Source: Pseudovirgaria hyperparasitica
Lineage: Eukaryota
Strand: one strand, 5' to 3'
Length of the DNA: 64,000 bases
Assembly (NCBI GenBank): GCA_010093815.1
Contig: ML996578.1
Numbering within the stretch: the first letter of the stretch is position 1; each line of letters starts with the position of its first letter. Of this stretch, positions 1 to 14,092 are shown in pieces. Below the pieces are notes generated by a model. It was given only the letters and a program-made list of their open reading frames with translations, was not told the DNA's origin and did no database searches. The position numbers were made by a program, and so were the translations under genes.

Positions 1-309
1 TCCCCAAACACACCCTCTCTGCGACATAACAATACTATCTCGCCGCTACTACGCAAGTCGACAACTCACGCCCATACGATCGTTACTTAACAACCTTGCT
101 GGGCCTTGCGCGTTACTGTGCGCACGCACCCACTCATACCGTGTCGTCGCGGTTCCCAGCCAGTCGAATTGACTCGTAAGTCAAGTCAGAGTGAATCGGG
201 TGGCCTGATCTCGAATTACCAGCCGTTCGACTACTCGCGCATATGCGACAATGAGCTATTGACGTCCAGTAGAGGTCGTGGACGACTAAGACTCAGCTCG
301 AGCAGCAAG

Positions 310-3300
310 ATGGACTATGCGCAAGCGGGAACAGGACCTCAGGATCAGCATTTACATCTGTCGCAGCACGCACCACAATACAACACTCGATCGCCAAATC
401 ATCGTGGATACACGCAATTTCGACAGCCTTCTGCGCCAGCAATGAATGGAGCTATGGATGCTTCAGTAAGCAGCCAGACGCAGATGAATATCCACGCCTC
501 GCCCTCACACATTGTTTCGGACAATTCCTCGATCGGCAACCCACACATGGCGCACACCTTCTATGGCGACATTGCGCGCAGTTCACTTACCCCATCTACA
601 CCCTCCAACGCAGCCTCTCCCCGCTTCTCGGGCCATTCTCCGGGCCAGCAGAAACAATATATGGCGAATTATACGCCCTCCGACCGCTCCCTTCCATCCC
701 GTAACATATCTGACGACACAATTGACGACGCCTACGCCGCATTCATACTATACTGTAATCCAAGCTTCCCGACCACAACAGATGTAACAGAATTAAAGAG
801 GTTATTTCGGCTACCACCGAAGAGCGACAGTAAAACTTTCAGCACATACACCCTTTTTGAGCTCATACGGAAATTTCCTAAGGAAATCAAAACATGGGCG
901 CAGTTAGCATTAGATCTGGGGGTCGAGCCACCCGATTTGGAGAAAGGACAGAGTACACAGAAGGTGCAACAGTACTCTGTTAGGTTAAAGGTATGTCTGA
1001 TAGAATTCCCTTTACACTCATACCCATATCCATGCGCTGCCTGATCACTGGCCTATCTTTGAACACCCGAAAAGAGCAAGGAAACTGAAGACCACCCCCG
1101 AGAAGCGTCACCCCATTGGAGCTTCTACAAGCTAAGTATATCTCTCAACTGTCTCCTTACATTCCCTGTTCGCTGAAGGACCAGATACCTTCAGTCCATA
1201 ATGGAAACTGGACATGTATTTGGCGGCTAAATCCGCCCAAGTTGGTTCTTTAGGGGGTTGTTTGGGTCAGAAGTCGAAAAATAGGGTCGTCTTTAGATTG
1301 GTCCCGTCAATTATAATTCTATGTCTCCACTTCCATTTTCTTCACCTGTCGACTTTTTCTACTCCATTTGCCATGGCTCTTGTTTGCTCAGCCAGCACGC
1401 AGCTGTTCAAAGCTGAGGCAGTTCGGCGTGATACAGTGATCAGAAGCAACGCACGTTGATAGTGATACCTCATGTTCTTGTTCGACTGCGAATGCGCTAG
1501 TCACGCTCAGTACCCATGGTTGTGTCATTTACTGACTTTCAGTAGCGTTGGATGCGAGCGATGCATATTGATGCCTTCTTTGAATATCTTGTGGGTAATC
1601 AGCACAGCTATTTCACATGGGTACCTACACCACACGAACCTTTTCCTGATGATGGGCGTGACGGAGTAATTTTCGATGAAGACCTTGCCATAAGAGCATT
1701 GGACCCAAAACTCAAACCAAAGAGGGGACGGCGGAAAAATGACGAAGGTGATGATGAAAATGAGGAACTACAGAGGGCACCGAAACGTCCGCAGTTAGAT
1801 ACCTCATTCTCGGCATCTAGCAATCACGCGCCTCCTCAATCTGCATATCCAAATAGCGCTCATCCGGATGACATGGATCGCTTCGTCCAGCCGCACGATC
1901 CATGGACTACTATCTCAACAATCACACCTGCATCTTCCCTGAACCCCTACTCTGCCAGAACAATGACTCCATATTCAGCTGCTTCGACTCCAGCTCAGCA
2001 ATTGCGGTGGCGTCTCAATACACCTAACGATGCACAAAGCCCACATCCTATGTCAGCAACCACACCCTCAACCTCCCAAGCCCCTGATTCAGCATTCGAC
2101 GAACCCCTATCGGCCTTGACTCCGAGTTCTACAAGGTCAAAGGCTCGCAGACGGCATGGTCCTGCTGTTTCGTCTGCTTGGACAAGCAATAGCACCAACT
2201 CAACCGGCAAACTGCGTGGACGACCGCCTAGCAATCGATCCGTCCGAGATGGACCCTTTGTAACCTTTCCTGCCAACCCCAAGACCAAAGAAGGCCCCAC
2301 AATCGACCTCAACCGATCTACACCCGGTCCGACACCTGTGGAACAGACACCATCCACGGCTTCAACAGGAAATACTGCTCCAGAGTCTCACCATTTTCGC
2401 TTTCCCCCTACTCCTGCGTCAGCTCTAACGCCTGCATCCGCCATCTCAATCAATTCGCAGCAATCTAGCCTCTCAGTAGGTCGACCAGAACGCCTACAAC
2501 TTCAGGTCCCACAGCACTTAGGAGGACCTGTCTCTCTCGTTACACCTACAGTCCTGGTTAATGGCCAAACAAATGCTCTCACTGCTGTGATTGCTGCACC
2601 TTCGGCGGCCTCTCCACACACTTCATCGGATATATATGAGCAACAAGGCGTTAGTTCACAAGATGCGCGACAGGCTGGCCCAACCTCGCATCCACAGCCG
2701 CCACAATATGTATCACATGAACAACCCCAAACACAGCCTCAGACACAAGCATCCGCGCCACAGTCTCACATTGTCCAACCTCGGTCCGCAAATTCGACAC
2801 CAATCCTCTCACCCTTCCCTACACTCACACATGAATCACTTAAACGCGCCCTTGCTCATGACCTACTTCGTGCTGAAATCTCAGGGCGGAAAAAACTACG
2901 CGGCACTGATGCCAAGGAGCTTGCTGATGCACTTTTAAGGAAGATGAAGACCATGCCACAAAGCCCTACCACCCCTAGTACTACCAATGGCAGCAATACC
3001 GGCGAGCAAGTTCATCGTATGGCTCTCGCCACTGTTTTGAATCTTTCTAGCAGTCTTGGCCTCCCTGGTCCCCCATCGCCTGTCAACCAGAAGAAACTCG
3101 TCTTCCAAAGGTTCCGCGTGGGAGGTGATGGCTACGATAGTCCTATAGATGACGACAACGACAATGCGATGGAAACTGAAGACGTTGAGGGAGCCAACGA
3201 TAGAAAGATTCGAGAGAGCGTAGATGTCGCATGGACGACGACCATCGGAGCGCTTGTAGCCGAGTGTAAGATCCGTGGCATCGTAATGGGCGATAAGTCG

Positions 3301-3450
3301 TCTAGGAAAGATGATGTGGATAGGGCTGAAAGTGCTGCAGCAGCCGAAATCGACTGGAAGAGTAAATTTGAAGACCTGAAGGAGAAATTAGGGAGGAAAG
3401 AAGAGGAAGTTAGAGAGTTGCGAGAAAAGGTCCTCGATGCTGTCATGTGA
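310..3450 (+). CDS. abp2: ARS-binding protein 2 (Abp2)-like nuclear protein; 2 exons (310-990, 1546-3450)
   Basis: Motif DDAYAAFILYCNP...PPKSDSKTFSTYTLFELI...QKVQQYSVRLK splices (GTATGT at 991, TAG at 1545) in frame to RWMRAMHIDAFFEY. Also a PKRGRRK basic motif, RGRP, and a C-terminal coiled coil. Confidence 0.8.
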
Positions 3451-4596
3451 GCGTATATAATCGTTTGATAGTTTTCTTCCTGCATCTAGTGGGGCTATGG
3501 CATACATGGTTTTGGTATCATGGATTGATATATAAAATGGGGTATGGGAGTTTCGCAGTGCTCATGAAGGCGATCATGCATCTCCATATGTCGTTTGTAT
3601 AGCAAGCGAGCGAGTGGTTTTAAATTCATCGCATTTGTGCTGTTGGGCGCATGTATCTATAGCGGTAATACTATCAGCACATGGGAATGTTCCTTCCATA
3701 GCCTAGAAGTATGGCTCGATTGTATGCGCCAGTCCGCTTTCCTTGTACCTCTAAATCAGCTCCCTCTGTCGGTACAAGCCTCTCAACCTTCTGTTGAATA
3801 TCGTAAACCACAGTTCGCCTTCCGATTGGGATAGTCAAGGTTGTTTGAAATAATTGATGTAGCTTACATGTCACAACAGAACCTCGTTATCATTGAATAT
3901 GGTATGATATTTCGATTACCGAACAATAATATCTAGCTATTTATGAGTTGCCCCTAACTTCACACTGAAACGTTGTTTCCATCTATGAAACTAGGTGTTT
4001 GGGTCTTGTGGTCAGCTTGACGTTGAGGTGCCATAGCAGGGTTCAATCTTGTTTCGAGAAAGTAGAGCCGATATAGTTTGTTTTCCACTTGAATCAAGCA
4101 CATTCGGCCATACCAACCAGAAAGCAAGCGGTCCCGTTCGCTCCCGCCTATTTAAGCTGGTTAGGGGTGGATTAGTAGTTAGGTGGGTGACCACTAGCGA
4201 ATACCCACTGCTGAATGTTTTTGCTTTTTGCTTTATTCTAGATCCATAGGCTTGCCTCTTGATGTCTTAATCTTTCATTATTGGACGATCAATATAGCTT
4301 GAGAATTTCAACAGGCCCTTTCTGGTAGGAACATATTATAATCTTAGCTTAGCGCGCAGTCTTTGCTTCGTTCTTTCGTTGTGTATTAAGATAATTGCTT
4401 GGTATCATCATAGTCCATAACATTGGGTAGAGACACGAAAACATTCATTTTGCATTGAACAGTTCAGCTATTTAATTTCCAAAACAAATACACAAGAAGT
4501 CAAACTGATCCCGTGCCAACTCCGAACTACCCAGTGCGTCTCTTGATACTGTTTGATGCAAACAGACTAGATGTATATGTATTCTACGATGTGAAC

Positions 4597-5133
4597 TCAT
4601 AGACATATCGGCGCCACATTGACGATTCCATTCTGGTCGACGTCTGGGTCACGAATGTTGATCAGGCCGTTCTACGCTGGCGTGAGCGTTTATGGTTTCC
4701 CTGTTGCACACGTTTAGCATACCTGGTTCACGTTGTGGTTGCAGTCGTTATTGCTACCTAGGTTGAAGTTGTTGCCCTGTGAGATGGTGTAAGTATGGAT
4801 GACTCGAATGATTTTGGAAGGGCTAGAGTGTACCGAGCCGTTACCATTACCGCCGTTGCCACTGTGGTTGCCGTTGTCGTTTCCATTGCCGTTACCGATT
4901 GGGTTGCCGTTGCCATTTCCGTTGCCGTTGCCATTACCTTGAGGGTTTATTCAGTTTGGGTATTCCAACGAAAAGCTATCAGGGGACGTACCAGCGGCGT
5001 TGCCAACAATAGAGCCGATGTTCTGAATAGCCTTGTCGAGGTCATTCATCAATTCGCCCTGGGGCTGGGCCACGGGGATAGCAGCGACAGTGAATGCCAG
5101 AAGGGCAGTTGCGAAGATGGTCTTGGCGAGCAT
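4597..5133 (-). CDS. Small secreted Gly/Asn-rich protein, about 124 aa; 4 exons (5133-4992, 4937-4834, 4776-4723, 4671-4597)
   Basis: Signal peptide MLAKTIFATALLAFTVAA. Three introns with GT..branch..AG (4938-4991, 4777-4833, 4672-4722) join in frame a (GN)n tract and the C-terminus NVNQNGLINIRDPDVDQNGIVNVAPICL. Confidence 0.8.
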
Positions 5134-6477
5134 TTTGGATAAGAATATGTGTGATGGAGGTGATATGGAACGGAATTAGGATCAGGGGCTTCGGAAGGCT
5201 ACAGGTAGAGTTGTAGTTGACGGCTGAACTGAAACGAGACCATGCTAGAAGATGGGAAAGGGGATGTTTTTATATTCTTCAGTATGGTTGGTATATAGCT
5301 CTCACATGTGGAATTTGGGCACATCCCGCATGTGTTGTGATCAGCAACGCGAAGGTAAACATGAGACTTAGCCCTATGAGATGCCAATGTCGATCATGCA
5401 CATGATCATAACATAGGGTCATTAGTAACAAGTTTTCTTTACAATGAAACCAAACGAAAATATAGTGTCTACACCACTGCAAAACTGGCTAAGCACAATC
5501 CTTTCAAGTGACTAGGGTTTGAGCGCTACCCAGAGTGGAGAAATGTAACAAATTGAACATGCTGATGGGGATCGACATTTACCGCTAGGTGTGCCGTACT
5601 AATTCCCCACAGATAGAGTAGTTCATAAGGCGTCTCTCATTAGAGGCATCAATTGGCTGAGAACCATCACGATGCAGAGCGGTTCTGCGGGCCTCGGCAT
5701 GGATGAACACCGCCGATCTCAACATAGATACTAGATTAAAATCACAGCCAGCCATCACGGGAAACGCATCTTCAACCCACAACGATTAAGTCAACATAGG
5801 TGGTATAGCTATGTGCGTGTGTTAGATAGGTATTTGCGGGCAATGATGCGAGACGACTAGAACTAGGATCGTACGAATGTCGAATGCCATGCTTATGGCT
5901 TAGTGCTCGCATTGTACTGTCAGCCTAGCGCTACATACCCTCAAGGTTCGAACTTGACGCACTAAACTCATATATTGATGACATGATCGACAGTGGCAGC
6001 GGTAGATACAGCGCCTGAGTATTGGATGGTCGGTAAACATCCAAGGTTGCTGCTATTATTTACGCAGATAGGCTTCAGGGACATCTACACAAAGCGGAAG
6101 CTCGATCGGTAGTCGGAGGTACGTAGAAACTCACACCCGGTACTGATTTGAAGAGCAAGAGATCAAAAAAACAGAAACAGAAAAACTGCAGGGGTTCTTG
6201 TCATACATAATCGAAAAAAGAAAACTGACCAGTACTAGTTTCAGCAGGAACAATAAGGGAAACAGATATGAGCCAGAAGGCTCGGCGTTGAGGTATCGCA
6301 TACCTTGCTGCCTCGACTGCGGAAGTGCTACCGGCTCCAAGACACGAAATGGATATACCGCTATCTTCAGTCATTCGTGGCTTTTCAGTCTTTTCAGGCT
6401 TTCATTCTTTGTAGGCAGTCATTAGACAGCTTCATCGCGCTTTCACTCTCTTCCAAGCAATATATACGCGCAAAATC

Positions 6478-7679
6478 TCATACGACAGACTTTCCGAGAC
6501 TATCTCTGAAGCCTTCCTGAAGCCAATGGGGTAAGCCCCTCAAGGCCGATGCAAGGGAGAATGCTTCTGGAATGATTAGTTGTCCACTCTTCCCGCTGAT
6601 GATCTGCTTCACTACCGCGTCCGCGGTTGTCTCTGGCTTGAGGATGAACTGCTTGGTTGCAATGAGTGAGTCCTCGAAAGCATTCAGCATCGGTGTCTTT
6701 GTCCAATGCGGATGGACGCAAGTTGTTAGAACTTCGGGCACGCAGTAGCGGTGCTTCAGCTCTTGGCCGAGGCCTAGAAACATTAGAGATAATACAACTA
6801 TAAGTCCCCTATCCAGTAGAGCGGGAGACGATTATGACCACATAGCATGGAGATCTCACCTTCGTGGAATGACAAAGCAGCTGCTTTGGTCGCACAGTAG
6901 TCGACCATGTTCGCTACGGTGATGAAGCCAGCACCGCTTGCGATCGTGACTATATGGCCTTTACGCGCTTTGAGCATGTCCGGTAGGAATGCCTTGACGG
7001 TATAGAAGTGGGCAAGGATGTTTACATCAAATATCCTATGAAGATATTCCTCAGATGTATCTAAGATGGTCTTGTTGCCGCAAATGCCGGCATTGTTGAC
7101 TAAAACAGTCGGTGTTCCAAGTGAATCCTTCACGTTCATAGCAACTTCCATGACTGTCGATTCTTTAGTGATATCACACTGGAAGTACATGATCTGCTTG
7201 TCTACAAAGATTTAGCCTGACCCTTTCGCATCCAGCCCCTTTCATCATGCTTACTTACGGCTTTGGAATCTTGCGGGCAAATCTGAGACGTCCAGAATTA
7301 CGACCTTCACCCCTCTGGTAACCAGTCCATCAACAATCAGCATGCCAATACCCCTGCAGCCGCCAGTAACGATGGCAATCTCTTCATTCCAGACCCAATT
7401 CGTCTTTTTCGTCGACCATTTGGCAAGCGCCCATAGGTTGAAAGCCCAGTTGAGGCCACGGATAATGCCAAGTGCAAAGGCTATCTTCAAGTGATTGACA
7501 AACCTTGTCGAGTTCGCAGTATTCATCAATGGACCTAGAATATCAATGAAACTTGAGCGATATCCGACTGGTGCTTTTGTAAGAAGCCATAGTAAAGGAC
7601 CAGTCAAGACTGGATTCAGAATTATGTTCTTTGCGGCGGACGTGATCCAAGTGCCAGTTCGAGCTGCGGCAATAGACAT
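6478..7679 (-). CDS. Short-chain dehydrogenase/reductase (retinol/17-beta-HSD11-like) with N-terminal membrane anchor; 3 exons
   Basis: TGGCRGIG Rossmann motif, LVNNAGI, and YCATK catalytic motif across three ORF segments separated by short introns. Confidence 0.9.
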
Positions 7680-8292
7680 ATTGATATATCTTGTAGTACT
7701 TACTCTTCGGGGCGAAGGCAAAAGTGCGGGAGGTAGTGATCGATCAATTGAGGTCGGGCGGGGTATTGGGTAGTTATATACACGGTCGTCACACGCATAC
7801 TACGCCACATACTGCGGATAGCACTGTTGCACTCGTACTCGTCTTATGCGTCTATTGGACGGCAGTGACTGTGGTCGGACATTGTGAGAGCTGGTTCGTC
7901 GGACATGGATGGGGGATGCACGATGCACGATGCGCACGGCATTGTGACAATGCGATGCATGGGTGCAGCTGGATCTGCACTTGAAGTCAAATTCAATTAG
8001 TTTTGCATTGTGCCTCATCTATCACACATTGGAGGATGGGCCGGTCCTGCTATGACTGGCTTCTAAAGTTCTTGGTGTCTGCTTGAGCTTGAACCTATTC
8101 AATACTGTAAAGCTGTAAGCACGGCATAGGATATTTTCTCTGCTGCATAGTCATACAGATGATATGGCTCGCCAATGAATCGTGTACACTTGTTGACGGT
8201 GTGATATGGTTGATGTTGATGGGCAGCAGAAATAGCAACGTTATGGCAACAGCAAGCGATGAATAGTGTCCGAGGTCCTGGCGTCGTTTGAG

Positions 8293-8686
8293 GCGGACGA
8301 CATGTGTCAGAGGGCCACATCCGAAAAGTGTAGACATGAAAGCCATATTCCGTTCCCATCACGGATCTTGAGACAACAACTCACTGCTCCCATCTAACAC
8401 TGACTACAGGATTTCTAATAAGATAGAATATTTAGATTCAGCTTGGTTGAGAAGTATAAATTAGCTAAATAGCGTAATAAAGGTTAGCTACTTAGAATAA
8501 ATAAGCTCTAAACTTATCTATAGAGTAGAAGAAAGAGTACTAATAGATAGCGTATATAAATAAAGCAGAAACAAGTAGAGATATACATAGATTAAATGAG
8601 TTCTTATATATCTCTTACTCTAACTGTGTATCCTTATTTTTGCTTTTTAGGTTTGCGTATCTGACCTTCTGACACATGTCGTCCGC
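8293..8686. mobile_element. MITE-like non-autonomous element with terminal inverted repeats and RIP-like interior
   Basis: GCGGACGACATGTGTCAGA (8293-8311) is the exact reverse complement of 8668-8686 and extends with mismatches. The interior (about 8400-8640) is AT-rich and TpA-rich. No TSD identified. Confidence 0.7.
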
Positions 8687-8932
8687 GGTAGTCGCTGTCT
8701 CTCGGTAAAGCGGATCGTCAAAGCAAAGACCAGGTTCTTGTACGTTTGTAGCTCTGACCGACTTACACCAACTCCACGAACCTAAAACCTCTGTATCTCT
8801 ACCTCAAACCAACGCCGCACCTCGTCAGGCTCTGCTCGTGCCTGCAGACAGCTGTACGTTTCGCGCGTGGTCCCGCTCTTGAACCCTTGCGTACATCTTG
8901 CCCGATCCAATCAACGTCACAAGCCAGGCAAA

Positions 8933-9895
<963 letters not shown>

Positions 9896-10363
9896 GCATG
9901 CGAAAAGAAAATGAGGACTTACGCCACTAGACTCTTTCTGCACAACTTTCCAATTTGAACTCTCAAGAGCACTCACAGACGCGAGCAAGTAGTCGAGTCG
10001 ATGTGAATATAGGGTAATGGCAGGACTACATTTGCCGCTGTACTTATACATTGGGATGGGTTGGATGAGAATATGTCTCTCATATGTTCTCTTTGCATGA
10101 CGAATACAGTACGATGTAACCGTTCCGTTCCTTAACATTCTATTAGTCGCGTGCGTGTTCGATTGCCAATGTTCCTTAGGTTCACGATACAAGACGTCAC
10201 TAGGCACTGCAAACTATTGTGTTTCCGTGGCCAACACACTGTTTACCACGTGGAAAAACAGGCCGCACAACCCATACCTCAGTAAAGGTTCTTAACACTT
10301 CTCTTTTGCATCGTGGTCTCACTGCTTCTTAAACCCGATTCCACATATACAACTGCTTTGATA

Positions 10364-11559
10364 ATGTCACAACAGCTCCAGTACCAGGGTCACCGGAAAC
10401 GGAGTAACACATACCCTTCCACCGTACGCATATACCCTACTTGCCAAAATAACCTACGTCGACAAAAGGTACGATTCCTCCCAGTGCGTAAATTGAAAGG
10501 ACAGCGCCTTTCACCACACGACCGACTTCGAGAACATGCCAAGAGTGTACGTAGAGCATAGAGTCCAGGTATCACCCAAGAGTACTTCACTAGACCTTCG
10601 ATTGACTCTAACTACAGGAGTATCTCACTGAACCTGCAAAACTCTTGCCACGTGGTACCCTGGAGCGGAAAGGTATGTTAGATCTCCCACCATTGCCTCT
10701 TCACAATCTGTTTGATGTACTTTCTGACTATTTCTCTGTTCACTTCATAGATGACACCAAGCAAGGCCTTCGCCCGTTACTCGCTCATGCCTCATCCGTC
10801 GGCCCATCCTGGATTTCCTCACCCTCGAAGACCATAACTTCTCTCATTCCTATGTTGGACCGCGACGCTCAGCCTGAAATGACGTCCCGTTCTCGTACCA
10901 TGCCGACTCTCAGCAAAGGCAATGCCCCTATCGTCGACGATCCTTTCACTTCAATGTCCAACCTCCATGGCCCCAGAAATCTTCGCAGGGGAAAGGACCC
11001 TATTGTCTATAACACTTTCACCACTCCCACTACCACGACCAAGACTGGCAGCAGCAGCGAGCCGGCCAGCAAACCGGTGCTCAAATTCCTCAGCGTCAAA
11101 GAACGCATGCAGGAACTCATGGAGAAGCGCGAAAGAAACAGAGAGAACCGCGGCGGTCCACTATCTATCGCAATGAACGAGCACGACACTGTCGACGCCC
11201 TCGCCGCGCTGCTTGACATGCCTACAGCACCGCTACCCAAGATCTGGAACCGCCATCACGACCTCTACATCGCCACCATGGACCTCGCCGGCCGTAGTTG
11301 GAAGGCCATGCTCAAGGGTCTCAAGCAGGAATTTGTCGAGCTTAGGTATGTGTCCATGTGTGAGGGCCAGATTGATAAGCGTCTGCGCCAGCTCGACCAG
11401 AACGTGTGGAGCAATGTGTACAAGGAAGCAATGAGGGCACCGCCGATCATGGGCACGCCCAGGAAGGTGACGAGGAGGAGCCCGGCGTCGCGCAATATTG
11501 GGCCGATCAAGAGCCATGCACAGATGCGTCTAGGAAAATGGTTCAACGAGTGGGAGTAA
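10364..11559 (+). CDS. Hypothetical protein, multi-exon; small helical C-terminal domain
   Basis: Long ORF 10645-11559 with coding-like codon usage. Short upstream exons from ATG 10364 are approximate. C-terminal WNRHHDLYIATMD...IDKRLRQLDQ looks like a folded helical (HTH/Myb-like) unit. Confidence 0.6.
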
Positions 11560-12254
11560 GGATTGTGGGCATCGGGTGAAAAAGCATTTGGGAGTATGGT
11601 TATGGTTATGACTTTTGCAAGGCCATGATTTGATAGTTTATCTTGTTTTCAATGGCCATCTGTTCATGTAGGGAGTGAGTGGTGATTCTCTTTCCGGCGG
11701 ACTGTGATTTACGTTACGTGATGTTTCCCGCAGCTCCCGCGCACAGTTTTCCGTAAGCTATCTATATATCTCCCCTCCCAACTTCGCTTGACATCCCATG
11801 TACGCGTTTCTCCCAAGAATTAATGAATCCCGGAGTCCGATGGGAAGTCTGGGAAGTGTATAGAAGCACTATGATTGGACGAGGTTTGGCGCTTTAAGAT
11901 ATCGAACAAATTGAAACACTGCAGAGGCTATAACACACAAAGATCAGTAGCGGAGGACCGGAGCACTGTTAGTGAGCACCTGCTGTAGACTACTTCGAAC
12001 AAGTGCAAATGATATGCCGGGTGTGCTTTGGTCTATGCGCTGGAGAATATAATATGGTAATTAGAGTGCGACCGCAACACAACGTGTCTGTGAGCCTCCA
12101 TCCTGAAGGCTTAGCAGGTCCTTGGCGCATTATCGAACGGAAATCTGGATTAGTATCAAGTCATTCATACGATTCCATTAGGTGGGTATATACAGTAGTG
12201 CCGCCAGTATTTCATGCAACACCAAGCACCTACAGCAGCAATCAAACACTTGCA

Positions 12255-14092
12255 CTATGCAAATCCGGTCGCCGAGCTCTTTTGCCTGTAGTCCTCAAAG
12301 CTCTGTGCTTCAGGCTCGATGCCTCTTTGCGGAACCTCTTTGCCTAGCTGCCGCGCTTCCCATTCCTCTTCCTCGCGCTCTATCAAGGCATTGAATTGCG
12401 CCTGCCGTCCGCGAGGCATATAAATCGGCGCCTGCAATTTCTGCGCCACGCGTTCCGTGACCAAGACATGTTTGATCGGCGAGCCTGGTGTCTCGAACAT
12501 GGTCTCGCCAAGTAGACGCTCGAGCACAGTGCGCAGACCTCGTGCGCCAGTGCCCATTTCAGCCGCGCTTTTGGCGACTTGCCGTAAGGCACCACTGGTG
12601 AAGCGCAGCTCAATGCTACTGAGCTGGAAAAGATGCTCGAATTGCTTTAAAAGACTGTTGCGTGGTTCGGTCAGGACGCGCACAAGTGCTTCTTCGTCGA
12701 GAGCAGAGAGAGCACAGGAGACTGGGATGCGACCAATCAGTTCGGGGATCATGCCATATTTTTGGAGGTCTGAAGGCTCGACAAGATCGAGTGTGTTGTA
12801 GATTGCCTGGGATGGCTTGAGACTCGCGGCCTGTAGATGGCTAAGTGGACATGGCTGGTTTGTGTCTTCGGTTATATAAAAGGGGAGGTGTTTACGGAAG
12901 AGTTCATCTTCGCCTCTGAGCATTGTCTCATGGGCTCCAGCAGTAGGACTTGACGATCGGACTCTTGCACCGAAGCCAATACTACCTTTAGATATACGAT
13001 CAAGGATCATCTTGTGTAGCCCGACGAAGGCGCCGGTGAATATGAACAATATGTTGTCGGTTCGGACGTTGTAGATCTCGCCCTTGCCACCCGTTTGATT
13101 AGAACCCCCTCCACTCCCTCCTAATGGATTATTCAATGGAAATTTGGAATTTCCGGGACGACCCCCGGCACCTCGTTCTTGTTTCGCTTGGATTTGGACT
13201 GTTGTGCCTTCAATGATCTTAAGTAGAGCTTGCTGAACACCCTCGCCACTTACATCCTTCCCGTGTGAGACTCTTGCCGTTGCGATCTTATCTATTTCAT
13301 CGAGACATATGATTCCACGCTCCGCAGCAGTGACGTCGTAATTTGCCGCCGCGAGCAGGCGCTGCACACACACTTCCGCATCTTCTCCTATGTAACCAGC
13401 CTGTGTGAAGGGTGTGCAATCGGACATGCTAAATGGCACTTGCAACACACGCGCCAGTGTCTTTGCCATCAGAGTCTTACCCACACCAGTGGGTCCCAAT
13501 AACATTACATTTGACTTTTCGATGGACAAGGGGCTTTTGTCTTCGAGCGAGCTATCTTCCATTTGAGAAGGTTGTCGAGGCGGAGGAGGAGAGAAGAGGT
13601 TCACAGTGGCTTGCTGTCCAGGAAATTCGTCTGCATGTGTCAATATTGAAAATGCCGGGATTATGGCATATATTATATACCTTCAATCGGGTGCCTATAC
13701 GCCATCTCTTGCCGTTGTTGTTGTGCAATACGCTCTTCATGTTCTTGGTCTAGTCTTTCCAATTCCTGAATACGTTGGTAGTGATTGTAGACCGAGACAC
13801 TCAAGACCTTCTTTGCTCTTTCTTGGCCAACCACGAAGTCGTCCAGGTGCTTCTTCAAAATCTTTGGCGTAATACGTGGTGCACCGACCATACTCGCATC
13901 TCCTAATGGTCCGTTCGTTGGCAAGCCTGATTCATATGTGCTCGAAAATCCCTGTCCAGCAAAGTCTGATCTGTGATATTGCCCTGACGAGCGCCTGGTC
14001 GACGTATGTAAGGTGCGTCGTATTGAGGCTAGGGCAAGGTATGACAAGCGAGCCTGAGGCGAGACGGTAACAGTGACGAACGTGTGAGACAT
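12255..14092 (-). CDS. clpX: Mitochondrial ClpX AAA+ unfoldase; 2 exons
   Basis: [38 protein letters not shown] (Walker A), LDEIDKI (Walker B), [19 protein letters not shown]. Arg/Ser-rich presequence-like N-terminus. Confidence 0.95.

Noticed and set aside
991..1545. Intronic box C/D snoRNA in the abp2 intron
   Set aside because: No canonical RTGATGA C box with terminal stem was found by eye. An Rfam scan would be needed.
4795..5142. Plus-strand hydrophobic ORF (VAVAV-rich)
   Set aside because: Antisense shadow of the (GN)n codons of the minus-strand secreted protein.
5896..5960. tRNA-like A-box (TGGCTTAGTG) and B-box (GGTTCGAAC) with a small hairpin
   Set aside because: The hairpin register does not match a T-arm, and no acceptor or anticodon stems could be built.
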